A DNA stretch of 57,705 nt, the filler included, from Sphacelaria rigidula (taxonomy: Eukaryota), in the NCBI GenBank assembly GCA_964200075.2. It is 9 parts of 9 records of this genome, joined end to end, with 100 filler letters (N's around TTAATTAATTAA, not from the genome) between each part and the next. Parts side by side here need not be neighbours in the genome. Positions count along the whole stretch, not along the records: positions 44,962 to 51,283 come from CAXNAA020020791.1; positions 51,384 to 57,705 come from CAXNAA020020792.1; 7 more parts are not named here. One strand, given 5' to 3'. This document shows positions 45,562 to 57,300 of this stretch, piece by piece. A program made the translations under genes and the position numbers. A model generated the notes under the pieces. It searched no databases. It was not told where the DNA came from and saw nothing but the letters and a program-made list of their open reading frames with translations. Within the stretch, counting starts at the first letter, position 1; each line of letters opens with the position of its first letter.

Positions 45562-48500
45562 TCGGGAGCTCCTTGCTCGATTGCACTCGCATGAGCTGAG
45601 ACTAACGCCATCCAAATCTCGCCTCGGGGCGACTGAACTGGATTTCCTGGGACATCCCATCCCCCCAGCGGGCCTACACCCCGACACTAGTAAAGTCAGG
45701 GCCATGACTGACATGCCTATGCCCACCAACATTTCTCAGCTTCGCTCCTTGCTAGGTGGACTCTCTTGCGACCTCAGTTTGTTGCCCAATCTGTCCAAAC
45801 GGATTCGTTCAATTGCGGACTTACTCAAGAAAGGCGTCGCGTTCGCCTTCACCGAAGACATGGAAACTGCTGTCCGCGAATTGCTGAAAACACTTACCGA
45901 AAAACCGGCTCTTTGTTTCCCAAACTGGGATGCAGTGCAAGACGGCTCTCGCCTCTTCCGACTGCACACAAACGCTAGCACCGACGGATTCGGCGCGGCT
46001 TTGGATCAACCGCATCTTGATGGTTCTGTCCGCCCCATTCTGTATATCAGCCGTGCCACCCCACCCAATGAAGCAAATTGGAGCCCACCCGAACTGGAAG
46101 GCGGAGTCATTACTTGGGCTATCAAGCGCCTTCGACAATATCGGTTTTACCTGCCTTTCTACATTTATACAGACCACGGCGCCCTGGAACAACTCGCTGA
46201 GGCTGGCGAACATGGCCCACGTGTACAGCGTTGGTTGGAGTTTTTGACCGCCTACCGGTATACTGTCAAGCATTGTCCAGGCAAGACCAACGGGAATGCT
46301 GGCCTTCTTTCTCGCTTGCTCCTGCCTCCAACGGCAGTTGACTTCAGCCCAGCTTGTCGACTAACAGAACATGACGAACCAGGCGTTTATCCCATCCGGC
46401 GTTTTTACACACCCATTTATGCCCTTGACTTGCATTGCTCCGCAACGGGTACGCGCACCGGAGGTCCTCGTTCCCAGCCCTACGATATAATCTTGGATGG
46501 GCTAGAGCCCACAACCGTTGATTTTGCCAATTTCCGCACTTTAAGCCCTCGCGCGATTTTTTCTGCGCCGCCGCCGTCGGTTGTTTACCTCATTTCCGAC
46601 AATACTCGGTCTGCCGCCCGTGCCAATTGCTCCGGCGACACCAACCACGCCTACTGCTTCCACGAGTCAAGCCACACCGGCTCCCAGCGCCCGCGCGCCC
46701 CGCGCCTTGTCGTCAACATCTGCCACACGCACTACGCGCATCACGAGGCGATCGCGCTCCCCGTTGCGCACTGCTTCAACAGCGCTTTCTGCGGCACCAG
46801 CCGTGCCCGCTCCTCCGGCTAGTGGAAGGACCGCCTTCGACCACGATCCCGACGTGGACATCGATGTCGGCACTCACGCCCCATCACCTGCTCCGTCACT
46901 TGCTGAGCCCTCCTGCCGGGTCGGCTCTCCAGCGGAAGGTCAACTGCGCGAGTTCCTCGCCAGGTACTCTCATCGCGATCGGGCTCGAGAACAGCACGCA
47001 GAACCATTATGCCACGCAACAATGCGGCACTTACAGCTTGGCTGCCCTGTTCCTATTCCAGCCGATATTATGGCGCCGGTTGGTACACTGCCACCGCCTA
47101 ACGCCTCCGACGTGTACGAGCTCGCTCGTATTGGCACCATCTTCACCACTGATGACGGCACTCAATTGCTTGTCCGCCGCCCTACGCCCCAGACGGGTAC
47201 AACTTCAGACGCTTCCATTGGACGTCATGCACGCCTACTCAATGACGAACCCACCCGCATATATGTTTCAATCCTAAATGCGGCCATGGGCCATGAAAGG
47301 CTGCCACTTTGACTTTTCTTGTCATCTTGGCGTCACGTACACATTAATTAGCGCTACTTGAACGCTTCTACTGGTGGATCGGTGTGGAAGCGTCCACTCG
47401 TTTTTGGATTCGGCGATGCTTCAAGTGCCAGGCTCGCAAAACCTCACGACAGACAATCCGCTGGCCTGTCATTTCTATGAAACTTCCCAAAGCCCCTGTT
47501 CACCTCGTGTCGTTTGAATTTTTCGGACCCTTACCGACCAAGGATCGCGGCAACATCTACATTTTACTCTTCACTGACCGTTTCAGCCGCCGTGCGTTCA
47601 TGTACGCTGTCACTAGCAGTCACTTCACTGCTGTAGGCACAGCCGACATTTTGGTTCACAACTATATCAAGCACTACGGTTGCCCGAAACGACTCCTCTC
47701 CGACAATGGTTCGCAATTCTGCTCCGACCTCTCGGACGCACTGATCAACCTCCTGGGCATTCGCAAGATTGCCACGAGCGCTTACCACCCCAACGGAAAT
47801 GGTGGAACTGAACGCGTTAACCACACCATGGCACAGATGCTATCTATGGTTGTGAACGACCGTCAAAACAGTTGGAACCTCCATCTTTCGCATGTCGTCC
47901 TATGCTATAACAACTCGGTCGACGCCGCTGCCGGCCTCTCTCCGAATGAACTGCATCTTGGGCGCTACCCTCGTCTGTCCATCACCGTGCTCGGAAGACA
48001 CACCTTCGATGGTCACCAAGGCCTGGATCAGGATTAGATGTGCTATCATGACCTCGCGCGAGCGCGACAGCGCGAAGCTTTCACCCTCGTTCGAGAATAA
48101 GACGCTATAAACGCCTCGCGCCTTGAGCGATCAAACACCGCTCTCTACAACTTGATGCACAAACGCCCCACCCGGAAGGTTGGCGATTGGGTCTGGGTTT
48201 TCAACAGCTTGTCGACGATCCGCCAAGGCGTCGACAGAGCCGCCAACGAAACAGTCGTGAAGACTGAATTGTCCCTTAACTGGACAGGATCATGTAAGGT
48301 TTTGTCCATCGACCCGTCGCCGTCGTCACCTGATGGGAAGCCTGTTGACGACAATTTTTCTACCTTGATCTTCCTCGCGACCTCCAGGGACATGGCGTTG
48401 AATCTCGCGTCTCTGTGCCTCGGTGCAAACCTTGCACGAACCCGCATGACACTACTGACATGCTGAAATATATTCCTGCCGGTTTCACACAATACGTGCC

Positions 48501-49162
48501 CAACAGTCACTCGACTAAGTCACCGCCTTATCACGTCACTACTGAAGACGTGACCGAACAACCTCTGCGTCACATTTCTGGCCACCAAATTACTCACGGA
48601 CGAGGGGGCGAAATAGCTGTCATGTACAAGACCCACTGGCAAGATCTTCGGAGCGCGTCTTGGGAACGCGAATCCGACCTTCAGTTGCATCGCCGTGAAG
48701 TTCTCCTCTATTGGACGCAACCCGCACAGCAACATCTTGCTGGCCACAAGAAATATCGCAACATGCGCCGCGGCGCCGCAGCCCGCGAACTTCATCGTGA
48801 CAAAAGAGTTACGCTTTGTTGCTGACGGTTACGAATTAGTACCCACCAACCAATGGGAAGCAAAACCCCGCGCAAAACAGAACGCGCTCCCCAAAGGTGC
48901 CTATCTGTGGCACAAAGACAGTGATCACCTCTGGTGGCTGGGCCAGATCCACTCAGTCGATCCCCACGCCGCGGATACATACATCATTCGCTTCCTCGAT
49001 GATCCTGGGCCTGTGCAGCTCAAGCTCCGCCCAGCGTCATACACCGTCAGCCCATCAGCGCCACGCGGTCCTTGGTGCCCACAACGGCTCGAGCCCAAGG
49101 GCCTACGTCGAGGCATCCAGCGCAATGTCGACCGAACCCACTACGTCAACGAATCGCCCTAA
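45556..49162 (+). mobile_element. Ty3/gypsy pol, 5' truncated and decayed: RT thumb, RNase H, integrase, GPY/F motif, chromo-like domain and a further C-terminal module
   Basis: SKSRLGATELDFLGH, PTNISQLRSLLG, LHTNASTDGFGAAL, WSPPELE, YTDHGAL, RVQRW, HLG...CFKC, LLFTDRFSR, LSDNGSQF, SAYHPNGNGGTERVN, KVGDWVWV...LSLNWTG, YKTHWQD...SWERESDL. RT-RH-IN order defines gypsy. Confidence 0.96.
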
Positions 49163-49847
49163 GAGTTTACACTCAATGTCCTGTCTCCAATGCGACATTT
49201 ATCTTTCCTCCCCAGTTCGGTTCTTAGATTATTCCTTTGCTTCCACTGTTCAGGTACGACCCCCGTCACGCTGCCACTCCTGTCAGTACCCTTCGAACCG
49301 GAGCTTGTCTAGAGCACCTTCGTCCACGTATACTGAAGCTTTACTGGAGCCTTCACCTTCACCCCTTTCACTTGTCTGGCTGGCGCTAGACCCTTTTGGG
49401 CCTATGAATTGCTGACTTTCCTGCTTTTCTTTGGCTAGTTTCCACTATGCATTCGTCGCATGTGGTTCGCCCTTTGGCGTAGAGTCTGGTCTGCCCTGTG
49501 AGCCCTCGTATTCCCCGTACCTCCCCCGTTTGCCTTTTCTAGCTAGCGCGTCATAGCATTGCGTGCGCTTCCGACTGATCGCTTGCCGCAGCAGCATTGT
49601 GTGCTCCTGCGCAGTCAAGCGCAATTACGCAATGGCGCTTCTTGGAAGTAACTTTTGCTTTTCTTGTTGAGTTGTGGGAGCATCGAGCAAGGATCGAACA
49701 TTGCCCTTTTGATTTTGCTCCTGGGGTAGGTGTTCTCGTGTCGTCTACCTGCTTCTCATGACTTTATGAGTCAGACAAGCCTCAGTTTTCCGTTGCCTTT
49801 TGTGAATCTCATCGCAACTCTAATAGGGGCTCGTCTGGGTGGGTGAG

Positions 49848-50351
49848 TGTCATGAGGTAAAGAGGCGTTTACAGCATCTCCTTGTCGGACTATAGATTTC
49901 GAGGATCGTACCGGTGAAATATCGTCACCGTCTTGGGGCAGGTTGCCGTACAGACTTGTGTTCCCTGAGGATCGTATAGGTGAACTATCCTCACAGTCTT
50001 GGGGCAGATTGCACGCAGATTTGTGTTCCAAGGCTCCCTGAACTTCGTAACGCCTGCTATTGTAGAGACAGACATGGCATGAGCCGTGTGTATTTTGCAC
50101 TTGTTGACACTCTTAGCTCGGACCCCTCAGCAATCTGCCGCTACTTGCCATTAGGTGAATTCGCGGAAGCTAGGCCCAAGGACATGGACACAACGAAAAT
50201 GAGAAAAAGCCTGTCTGTCTGGACCAGTAGATCACGGGAACCCACGTGTGAACCAACTAGTGTGTAAGTGAACATACAATTGTATCGGCCTGTCTTGTAT
50301 CGAAGATTGCAACCCAGACACCGGAGGCGTATCAGTGCTAACTTCGTCACA
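49848..50351 (+). repeat. Probable 3' LTR of the gypsy element, containing a tandem pair of about 67 bp (49901-50030)
   Basis: Purine-rich gggtgggtgag then TGTCATGA...TCGTCACA. There is no partner LTR to confirm; an alternative start is at 49731. Confidence 0.55.
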
Positions 50352-50849
50352 CTAATACTTGATTGTTTTTTTCAATCGTCACATATTCACTGATCTCCGA
50401 TGGGCCCATTCGTGGTCATTATCCACAAAATGTACGTATCCAAGCTAAACAAAACGGAAACGCTCGCCACAGACAAAACTGAACGGTGGGGGGAAAAAAA
50501 CAAAGAAATGAAGATCAAGAAAACGAACGGGAAGAGTGAATTGAAAAAAAAAAACTAAAAATGAAGAACAAAGTCAAACGAAACAACCAAGCAAAAAAAA
50601 AGAACGAACAGGACTAGGGAAGGGATAGAATGGAGAAGCAGTAGCAGCAGTGCCGTGTGTGTGCTGCAAGCGCGGCGATGTATGAAGATCCGCCGCAGGG
50701 ATAGAGAAGTGATGAGCTGCACCATATATAATGGGGGATTCACATTGCAAAGAGCCAAAACCGTGGATACCACCCCCGGGGACAACTCTCTCTCACCCCC
50801 CGATTCCCCTCCCCCTACTCCACGTCGCTTGACCGTGCTGCGCCGACAG

Positions 50850-50936
50850 GTTCGAAGAGGAAGATGAAGCCGTGGAAGCTGCTAACTTATCCGAGTTTGG
50901 GCTGGCCGCAGCGGTCATGTCGTCAGACAAGGACAG
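50850..50936 (+). CDS. Aldehyde dehydrogenase exon (C-terminal part; betaine/aminoaldehyde dehydrogenase-like)
   Basis: Pyrimidine tract, gacag acceptor, AG|gtagtg donor, 87 nt, phase 2/2. FEEEDEAVEAANLSEFGLAAAVMSSDKDR matches the ALDH F..EEEA...AN...YGLAAAV.S.D motif. Confidence 0.88.
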
Positions 50937-51177
50937 GTAGTGTACCGGGCGATTTATTGGGTTGTCACACAATTTTCATTGAAGTAATGGACGCGTTGCG
51001 AACCGAAGACGTGGCCACACGATGTATGTGTACTACCGCATGCGTCCAAACGTGAACGAGAAAACATTAAACCCGAACATGAGCAAAATGGAAAGCACTC
51101 GCTAGCCCATGGACACTCGGGAAGCGGTGAGGAATGAACAAGAATGAAAGTAGACGCAAGCACGAAGTAAGAAGCGC

Positions 51178-51180
<3 letters not shown>

Positions 51181-51230
<50 letters not shown>
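51181..51230. repeat. Poly-C run (50 nt)
   Basis: Directly visible near the contig end. Confidence 0.95.
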
Positions 51231-51863
51231 ACCCTTATCCCCGTGCGCCCGCACCTCCCGCCCCTCCCGCGCGCCCTGCCGTCNNNNNNNNNNNNNNNNN
51301 NNNNNNNNNNNNNNNNNNNNNNNNNNNTTAATTAATTAANNNNNNNNNNNNNNNNNNNNNNNNNNNNNNNNNNNNNNNNNNNNCGTTCCTACTCCTAATA
51401 AAGACACCTCCAGCATTGAGGTGGTGGGGGGGGGAGAATGGGGGGGGGGGAGTTAGCGATCAGGGCCGTTCATTGGTCAATATGTTGATCAAATCGTTGG
51501 TTGACAGTTCTCGCTCACATTGACCTGTTCGAAGGCGAGTCAGTGGGCCCGTACGTTTGCCATCTCGATTATCGAACACGCCTGCCTCCGCAGTAAAATG
51601 AGACTTGGAAATTATTCAGCCGCTAAGAGGTTGTGACGGACTCGCTACGAGCCCTTCCGGTACAAGACACGGCATTCTAGTAATTGAGGACATATAAATA
51701 TATATATATATATATATATGACACGTCTTGGTCTACTGTGTCGTTCCTGTCGTTATTTTCGACTTTTTTCATGTTCCTTATTTTTCAGTTCCGTTTTGTC
51801 TTGGGTACGTCTTTTGTGTGGAGAATGACCACGGCTGGATCATGACTCCAGGGGGGTCAGTTT

Positions 51864-51867
<4 letters not shown>

Positions 51868-51901
<34 letters not shown>

Positions 51902-52251
51902 TGCCATCCCATTTATTCTAGACGCCAGTCTACACCTTTCGGTATATGCAGGCGCACCAGCCGGGGCCGCACAGGAGGAAAACCAAGACAGGAGCTTCTT
52001 CTTTTTTTTTGGTTATAGTGGTCCGCCTTCCTTCTGCGGTGCTTGCCTTTACTTGTAGTCACGAGAGGGGTTCAGTGGTCTCTTTCCCTCGTCGACCGCG
52101 ACGTCGAATTTTTGTGTACCCACGACATGGTCGCTCTCTACCGTTGTTGGGGATGGTGTGAAGAAAAATCTCAGATCGCTCCGAGATTCGAACCCACGAC
52201 CCAACCGTCAGAAGCTTGCGAAGTTACCAAGTGAGCCACCGGGGCGACCGG
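51868..52251 (-). mobile_element. SINE family A, full-length copy with (CA)n tail
   Basis: Reverse complement has A box TGGCTCACTTGG, B box GGTTCGAATC, the conserved body and a (CA)n tail. Confidence 0.88.
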
Positions 52252-52755
52252 CTGAAAGTGCGACAATTATTTGAATGAATCAAATCAATCCAGTTTTTTG
52301 ACGAGGGTGGACCTCGGGGACCTTCGTGATGAGCATCAAGATGTATTCGAAATAAAAGTGAAAATACACTATCCGGCCGTGATGTGCAGTCTCGCTCATC
52401 CTCCATGTTTAATCGCAAATAATATATGTAATATTGTTTTCTTCGAGCTCTTCAAGAGAATAAAATAAAAGCTCATTGTATTAAAAAAATGGTATAATAG
52501 GAGCATATTTTTAGTTTTTGTTTAATTTTCATGTTGGCTACGGGCTGGGCCAGCTGAAGAACGGGCCAAACGTTGTCCACAGTACAGCTTTCCCCAGAGC
52601 CCGGGAATGATACCAGTTATAACTGGCCATTATGATCATAATGGTAATGATGGTATTCATGGTGGTGGTTATATGAAAAATTTGGATATGTTTTCAAACC
52701 ATTATTTACCGTTACCGGCGTATATGAACCGTCACCGGCTACGAATACTGCATAC

Positions 52756-52900
52756 AGCCCTTGACAATGGGCCCAAATTTAACGGATTTGTAGCTCTAGT
52801 GAAGCCAAATCGCGTAAAAGCGTGCCTCCAGTACAGCGCGTCCAGCGGGACCTTCGGGGGCGTCTCCGTCGGGGCTCCCTTGGCCGGGGAGGCTTTTCGG
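52756..52900 (-). CDS. Possible orphan exon, unknown protein
   Basis: GC-rich island after ggcag reading RKASPAKGAPTETPPKVPLDALYWR... with high GC3 and a possible gtatgc donor. No homology recognised. Confidence 0.25.
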
Positions 52901-52912
52901 CTGCCATGCAAT

Positions 52913-53285
52913 CGGTCGCCCCGGTGGCTCAGGTGGTAACCTCGAAACCTTTTGACGGTTGGGTGGTGGGTTCGATTCTCGGAGAGAACTCGGATTTTTT
53001 CTCACATAGTGCCCAACAGTTGAGAGCGACTAAGCCGTGGGTACACAAAATTCGACTCAACGATCGACGAGGGAAAGGGACTGCTGAACCCCTCTCGCGA
53101 TAAGAAATAAAAAGGCAAGCACCGTAGAAGGAAGGTGGAGAGCTACAACAAACAAACAAACGAACAAACAAACAAACAAAACGCTCCTGTGTTGACCTTC
53201 CTCCTGTGTGAACCCGGCTGGTGCGCCCACATATACCGAAAGGTGAAGACCGGCGTCCAGAATAGATGGAACGACAGTACACATG
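52913..53285 (+). mobile_element. SINE family A, full-length copy
   Basis: A box TGGCTCAGGTGG, B box GGTTCGATTC; collinear with 28676-29035. Confidence 0.88.
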
Positions 53286-53333
53286 TACCATTTACCTGAT
53301 TAATGGTTGCGCTACGTGTAACCATTCAGCTTG

Positions 53334-53439
53334 TTAACCCTTAGACCGCGAGGTTAGTCTTCCGTTGAATCGGCATCAATTTCAAGTGAAAAAAAGTATG
53401 CATGATCTAGAAAGATTAATCTCGCGGTCTAAGGGTTAA
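53334..53439. mobile_element. piggyBac-type MITE with perfect 15-bp TIRs and TTAA target duplication
   Basis: TTAA-CCCTTAGACCGCGAG...CTCGCGGTCTAAGGG-TTAA. Confidence 0.92.
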
Positions 53440-53919
53440 GGGTTAGACAAACCATTTCCGAGCTCTAGCTTTCCCAGTTTCCTGAATGAACCCGATGTAA
53501 CCATATCACTGTGGACTGCAGACCACCTGACGATAGAGGAATGCATCGCTGTTTGATTGGCGTCGTATTGCCGATGATATTATTGTACTGCATAGAGTAC
53601 GGGGTACGTCTGATCTCGTTGAGCGATAGCGTGTCAAAGTGCTTTTTTTTTTTTTTAATGCGGTGGGTTTACGTCAGGAATCACCCCGCACTGGGCATAC
53701 CAGAAGGTCGACACCGTCGGTCGCAAGCACAGACGGTACTCGTAGGACAGGGAGATGGCATGAACGTTGTGAGCACCTCCAGCATCGGAGAGGACCTCAG
53801 AGCCGATTGTGACGTACTACAAGCGCAGGAAGCAGTTCTACCTGAAGCTGCGGTACAGGCCTCCCAGAAACAGGACCGTGAGGAACATGTCCCCACCCTT
53901 TGACTCGCGAGGGAAAAAA

Positions 53920-54002
53920 CAAAAAAGGTTATGGCGGGATTCGAACTTGTGACCTCCATAATTGGAGTCTCCTATCATTTAGACCACTGGGGTGCAGCAG
54001 CG
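53920..54002 (-). pseudogene. Degenerate tRNA-like sequence (pseudo-tRNA or head of a second SINE)
   Basis: Reverse complement has cagtggtctaa (A-box-like) and gttcgaatccc (B box/T-loop), followed by T-runs. The acceptor stem does not pair well. Confidence 0.5.
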
Positions 54003-55087
54003 TCACGCAAAAAGTTGCCCCGCACGGCCCCGATTCGACGAATCTTGAGCTGAAATTTCGCGAAGACCTTCCGCACCCAAAGAAACATTCCACTCCGGGA
54101 GAAGCTGCAGATTCTCATTTTTCCCTGGACTTGTGACATTATCCTGTTTTCCCCAAAATTTCAAATCCCCATAACTTGCTTTCCTTTTTCCTTCCTTCAT
54201 CCTATGCTGCTCTCTCGAGATGATTTGCACGTCGATCATAATAAGCTGCTATCAAAACTTCAGCGTCCAACTCCTAATTTTACGCAATGCGTCGCGTGAG
54301 CGAGAAAAATATTCACTGTTGTCTGGCCCAGCTCGTAGCCATATGATGGAAGGTCATCACGTATGGTTTTGTGGGCAAGAAGAACCCATCCACAATTCGC
54401 AATATCCCGTGTTGACCCTTTTCGAACTCGCAGTGGGAAATTAATCATTTGCTATTGACGGTTTTGAGCAAGATATGATTAATATTTCACAGCCAAGACT
54501 CAACAATATTCGCTCAATGCGTATTTTTCAGACCCGTGCGAGTGACAGGTGGCACAAACGAAGTTTCCTATTAACCGATGTGCCGTACCAGACCCTGGAG
54601 CCCGTTGCTGTTTTTTGAATGGAATGTTTCATAGTGTTTTTGCTGATTATTGTCGGTGGATACAATTGGACACACGTCATCCGTTGCGTGTTATGATTGG
54701 ACGAACCTCACCCGACCTCTCCAGGGACGGCATTTTTCCTGCATCCGCCGCGTGTGCTAATGGATTTTTCTTCGGTCTTCCACAACAAAAATGGTTGCCG
54801 TCGGCCATTTCTGCTTTCATCTTTTCCTCTTTGTCAGGGCTTCTCATAATGAGGCGTTTGGCCCGGGGACAGGAGGGTAGGGTTCCAAAAGGGTTAAAAT
54901 CAAGCAATTCGGACGTCCGTTCTTTCCCGTTAAATAAACAAAATTATGTTCTTATTCACCAGTATCCCCTGCTAACATGGGATTTTGCAAATGGCGGATA
55001 TATTTGTTCTTTAGGATGAGCGAGGCCGCACATGACGCCCGGATAGTGCATTCGCAATTTGCTTCCGAAAATATTTCGATGCTCAAC

Positions 55088-55195
55088 CAACCCTTAGACA
55101 GCGACGGCAGGTCCTTCTGTTGAATCGGCATCAACTTCACTTCAAAAAAAGTATGCATGATCCAAATGGACTCACCCTTGCGATCGAAGGGTTGA
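55088..55195. mobile_element. Diverged copy of the 98-bp piggyBac-type MITE
   Basis: caacccttagacagcga...ctgttgaatcggcatcaa...aaaaaagtatgcatgatcc...gaagggttga. Confidence 0.75.
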
Positions 55196-55249
55196 GGTTC
55201 CCAAGGTTCATCCTAAAAAAAAATCCATCTTCAGATGTGAAAAATCCCG

Positions 55250-55355
55250 TACTATTACCTATCCCGTGTTACTACCTATCCCGTGTTACTACCCATCCCG
55301 TGTCATCACATATCGTGTGTTACCACCTTTCCCGTGTAACACTTATCTCGTGTTG
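55250..55355. repeat. 17-bp minisatellite (ttactacctatcccgtg), about six diverged units, echoed at 55708-55755
   Basis: Directly visible. Confidence 0.85.
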
Positions 55356-56385
55356 CTGTGGAAGACAACTCTTTGCAGTGACATATCAGAGACCGTTCCC
55401 ACACATGTACGAAGAACCCGCGCGAGCAGGTACAAGGTAAGAACGGTCCGAAAGGACCAGATTACCGAGGACCCTGTAATGCCGACGTAACCAGACAACT
55501 CGTGGTGATGCCAGGAAGAGCCTAATACTAGGACGGTCCAACATCTCCCGGGGAACTGGTCGCCCTTGACTACCACTTCTCGTCTGATCCAACTTCTTGC
55601 CTACACATACAAGAGGAAATCATCGCTAGCCTCGGAGTTTCTTCGGCATCAGGGCGGCACTCTCCCCCGTAGGTCTCTGATTACTCTAGCGGTACGCCTT
55701 CCTCACATTACTACCTATCTCGTGTCATCACCATACCTGGATATTTCCCGTGTTAACAACGTATCGCGCCGCTTCGTCGCCCTGTAGATAAGAAAAGCCT
55801 CCCACGCTGTGACCGTATAGGTGCCAGAAGGAAACGTCTCCCCCCTTTCTATTGCCATGCTGGTCCAGCTCGACCTTCATGCAGGAGCGAACCCGAACAA
55901 ACACATCAAAGTATAATTAAACCGAAGAGAAGAAAATGGAAACAAGAAACAAAGGTAGGGTTGGGGGGGGGGGAAAGAGATGAAAAAAAGGGAGAAGAAG
56001 AAATAATTTCAATAATTTCAATAATTTCAATAATTTCAATAACATAAATAAATAAACAAAAAAGAGATGGGATATTAGAAATGCTTCTCAGAGGGTATAA
56101 TAGCACGAAATAAAAAAAAACATGGCGAGAGTAATCGCACCCATCAAGAAGCCAACTCAACACCTGAAAAAGTCAATTTAAGTGGAACACAGGCGAAGGC
56201 ACAGAAAACACAGACACAGACACAGACACGCAGACACAGACACGCAGACACAGACACAGACACAACAATTTTTACAACAATTTCTTCTACCGCCAAACTC
56301 GCACTAGCTCCTCATGAGATGTTCATCTTCATGTAGGATAAGTAGTACCTGCGTCTCTCGTGTCACGCTTTTTTCCTTTTTCTTG

Positions 56386-56534
56386 ACACCCTGGATGATG
56401 ACAGTAGGTCACATTGTCAAAAAATGTACTGCATACAGTGTGGAACTTGATTATCTATTGCAATAGACGCAACAGTTGATACTGTGCACCGTACACTTTT
56501 GGACAATGTACTCTATTGTCATTATCCAGCGTGC
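56386..56534. mobile_element. Palindromic MITE family D
   Basis: acaccctggatgatgaca...ttgtcaaaaaatgtactgcatacagt...tctattgcaataga...actgtgcaccgtacacttttggacaa...tgtcattatccagcgtg. Confidence 0.8.
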
Positions 56535-56659
56535 GGTATTTTGTCATAAAGTAGTCAGCATCAGACGTTTTCAGGATTCGTACATGTTGCAGTTCTCGAG
56601 TTTTTCTCTGGTATTGTCCTTCATTACTTCTTGAAAGTGCTAGCGCCGGTAGATTTAGG

Positions 56660-57300
56660 GGAAAACTTAAACCGCGTTCAAGCTGCAGTGCCCGAGTTGT
56701 TTTTTGGGGGGCGACACGGACTAGATACCCTGTTCATCAGGAGGGTGATGTTGACCGTTTATGGTCCGATGAAAACAGTTTTCCGGCTCTTCCGCAAGGA
56801 AACGGTAAATGTTCAGATAAATCAATACGTAAACAATTCTTCACAATAACGATCGGGATCGTGTGTCCCTCCTACTCTGCACAGACCTCAGTCAAGAATT
56901 TTCTGCGGATGGTCTCTTTTCGGGGTTTTTTCGCATAGCATTCTCCATTAGCACTCGAAAAATCTAGCGTCGATAGTTTCGGCAAAATAAGCAGACCGTG
57001 CTCAAATCACAACGCCCAAGTTGGTGTTGTGGGGGCGATACGGAGTGAAGACCGCGTTCATCAGGAGGGTTCTGTTGACCGTGAATGGGCCAAGGAACAT
57101 GGTTTTCCGGCTCTAGCGCAGTAAATAGATGGAATTTCAAAAAAATAACCAATTTCAAGTCTTCACTTATTTGATCGGGATCGAGTCGGTCCACTGGAAA
57201 TACCGAAAAGCTAGAACGTGGGATTGCACTTTCGCAGGACCGCCGAAGATCGGTCGAGCCCATAAGTCCCTCAATATTGATCGCCGTTATTTTTATTTTC
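56660..57300. repeat. Diverged tandem duplication, unit about 325 bp
   Basis: gggggcga.acgga...gttcatcaggagggt...tgttgaccgt...gttttccggctct...tcttcac...gatcgggatcg occurs twice. Confidence 0.8.

Noticed and set aside
55250..55355. CRISPR-like short direct repeats
   Set aside because: Head-to-tail 17-bp minisatellite without spacers.
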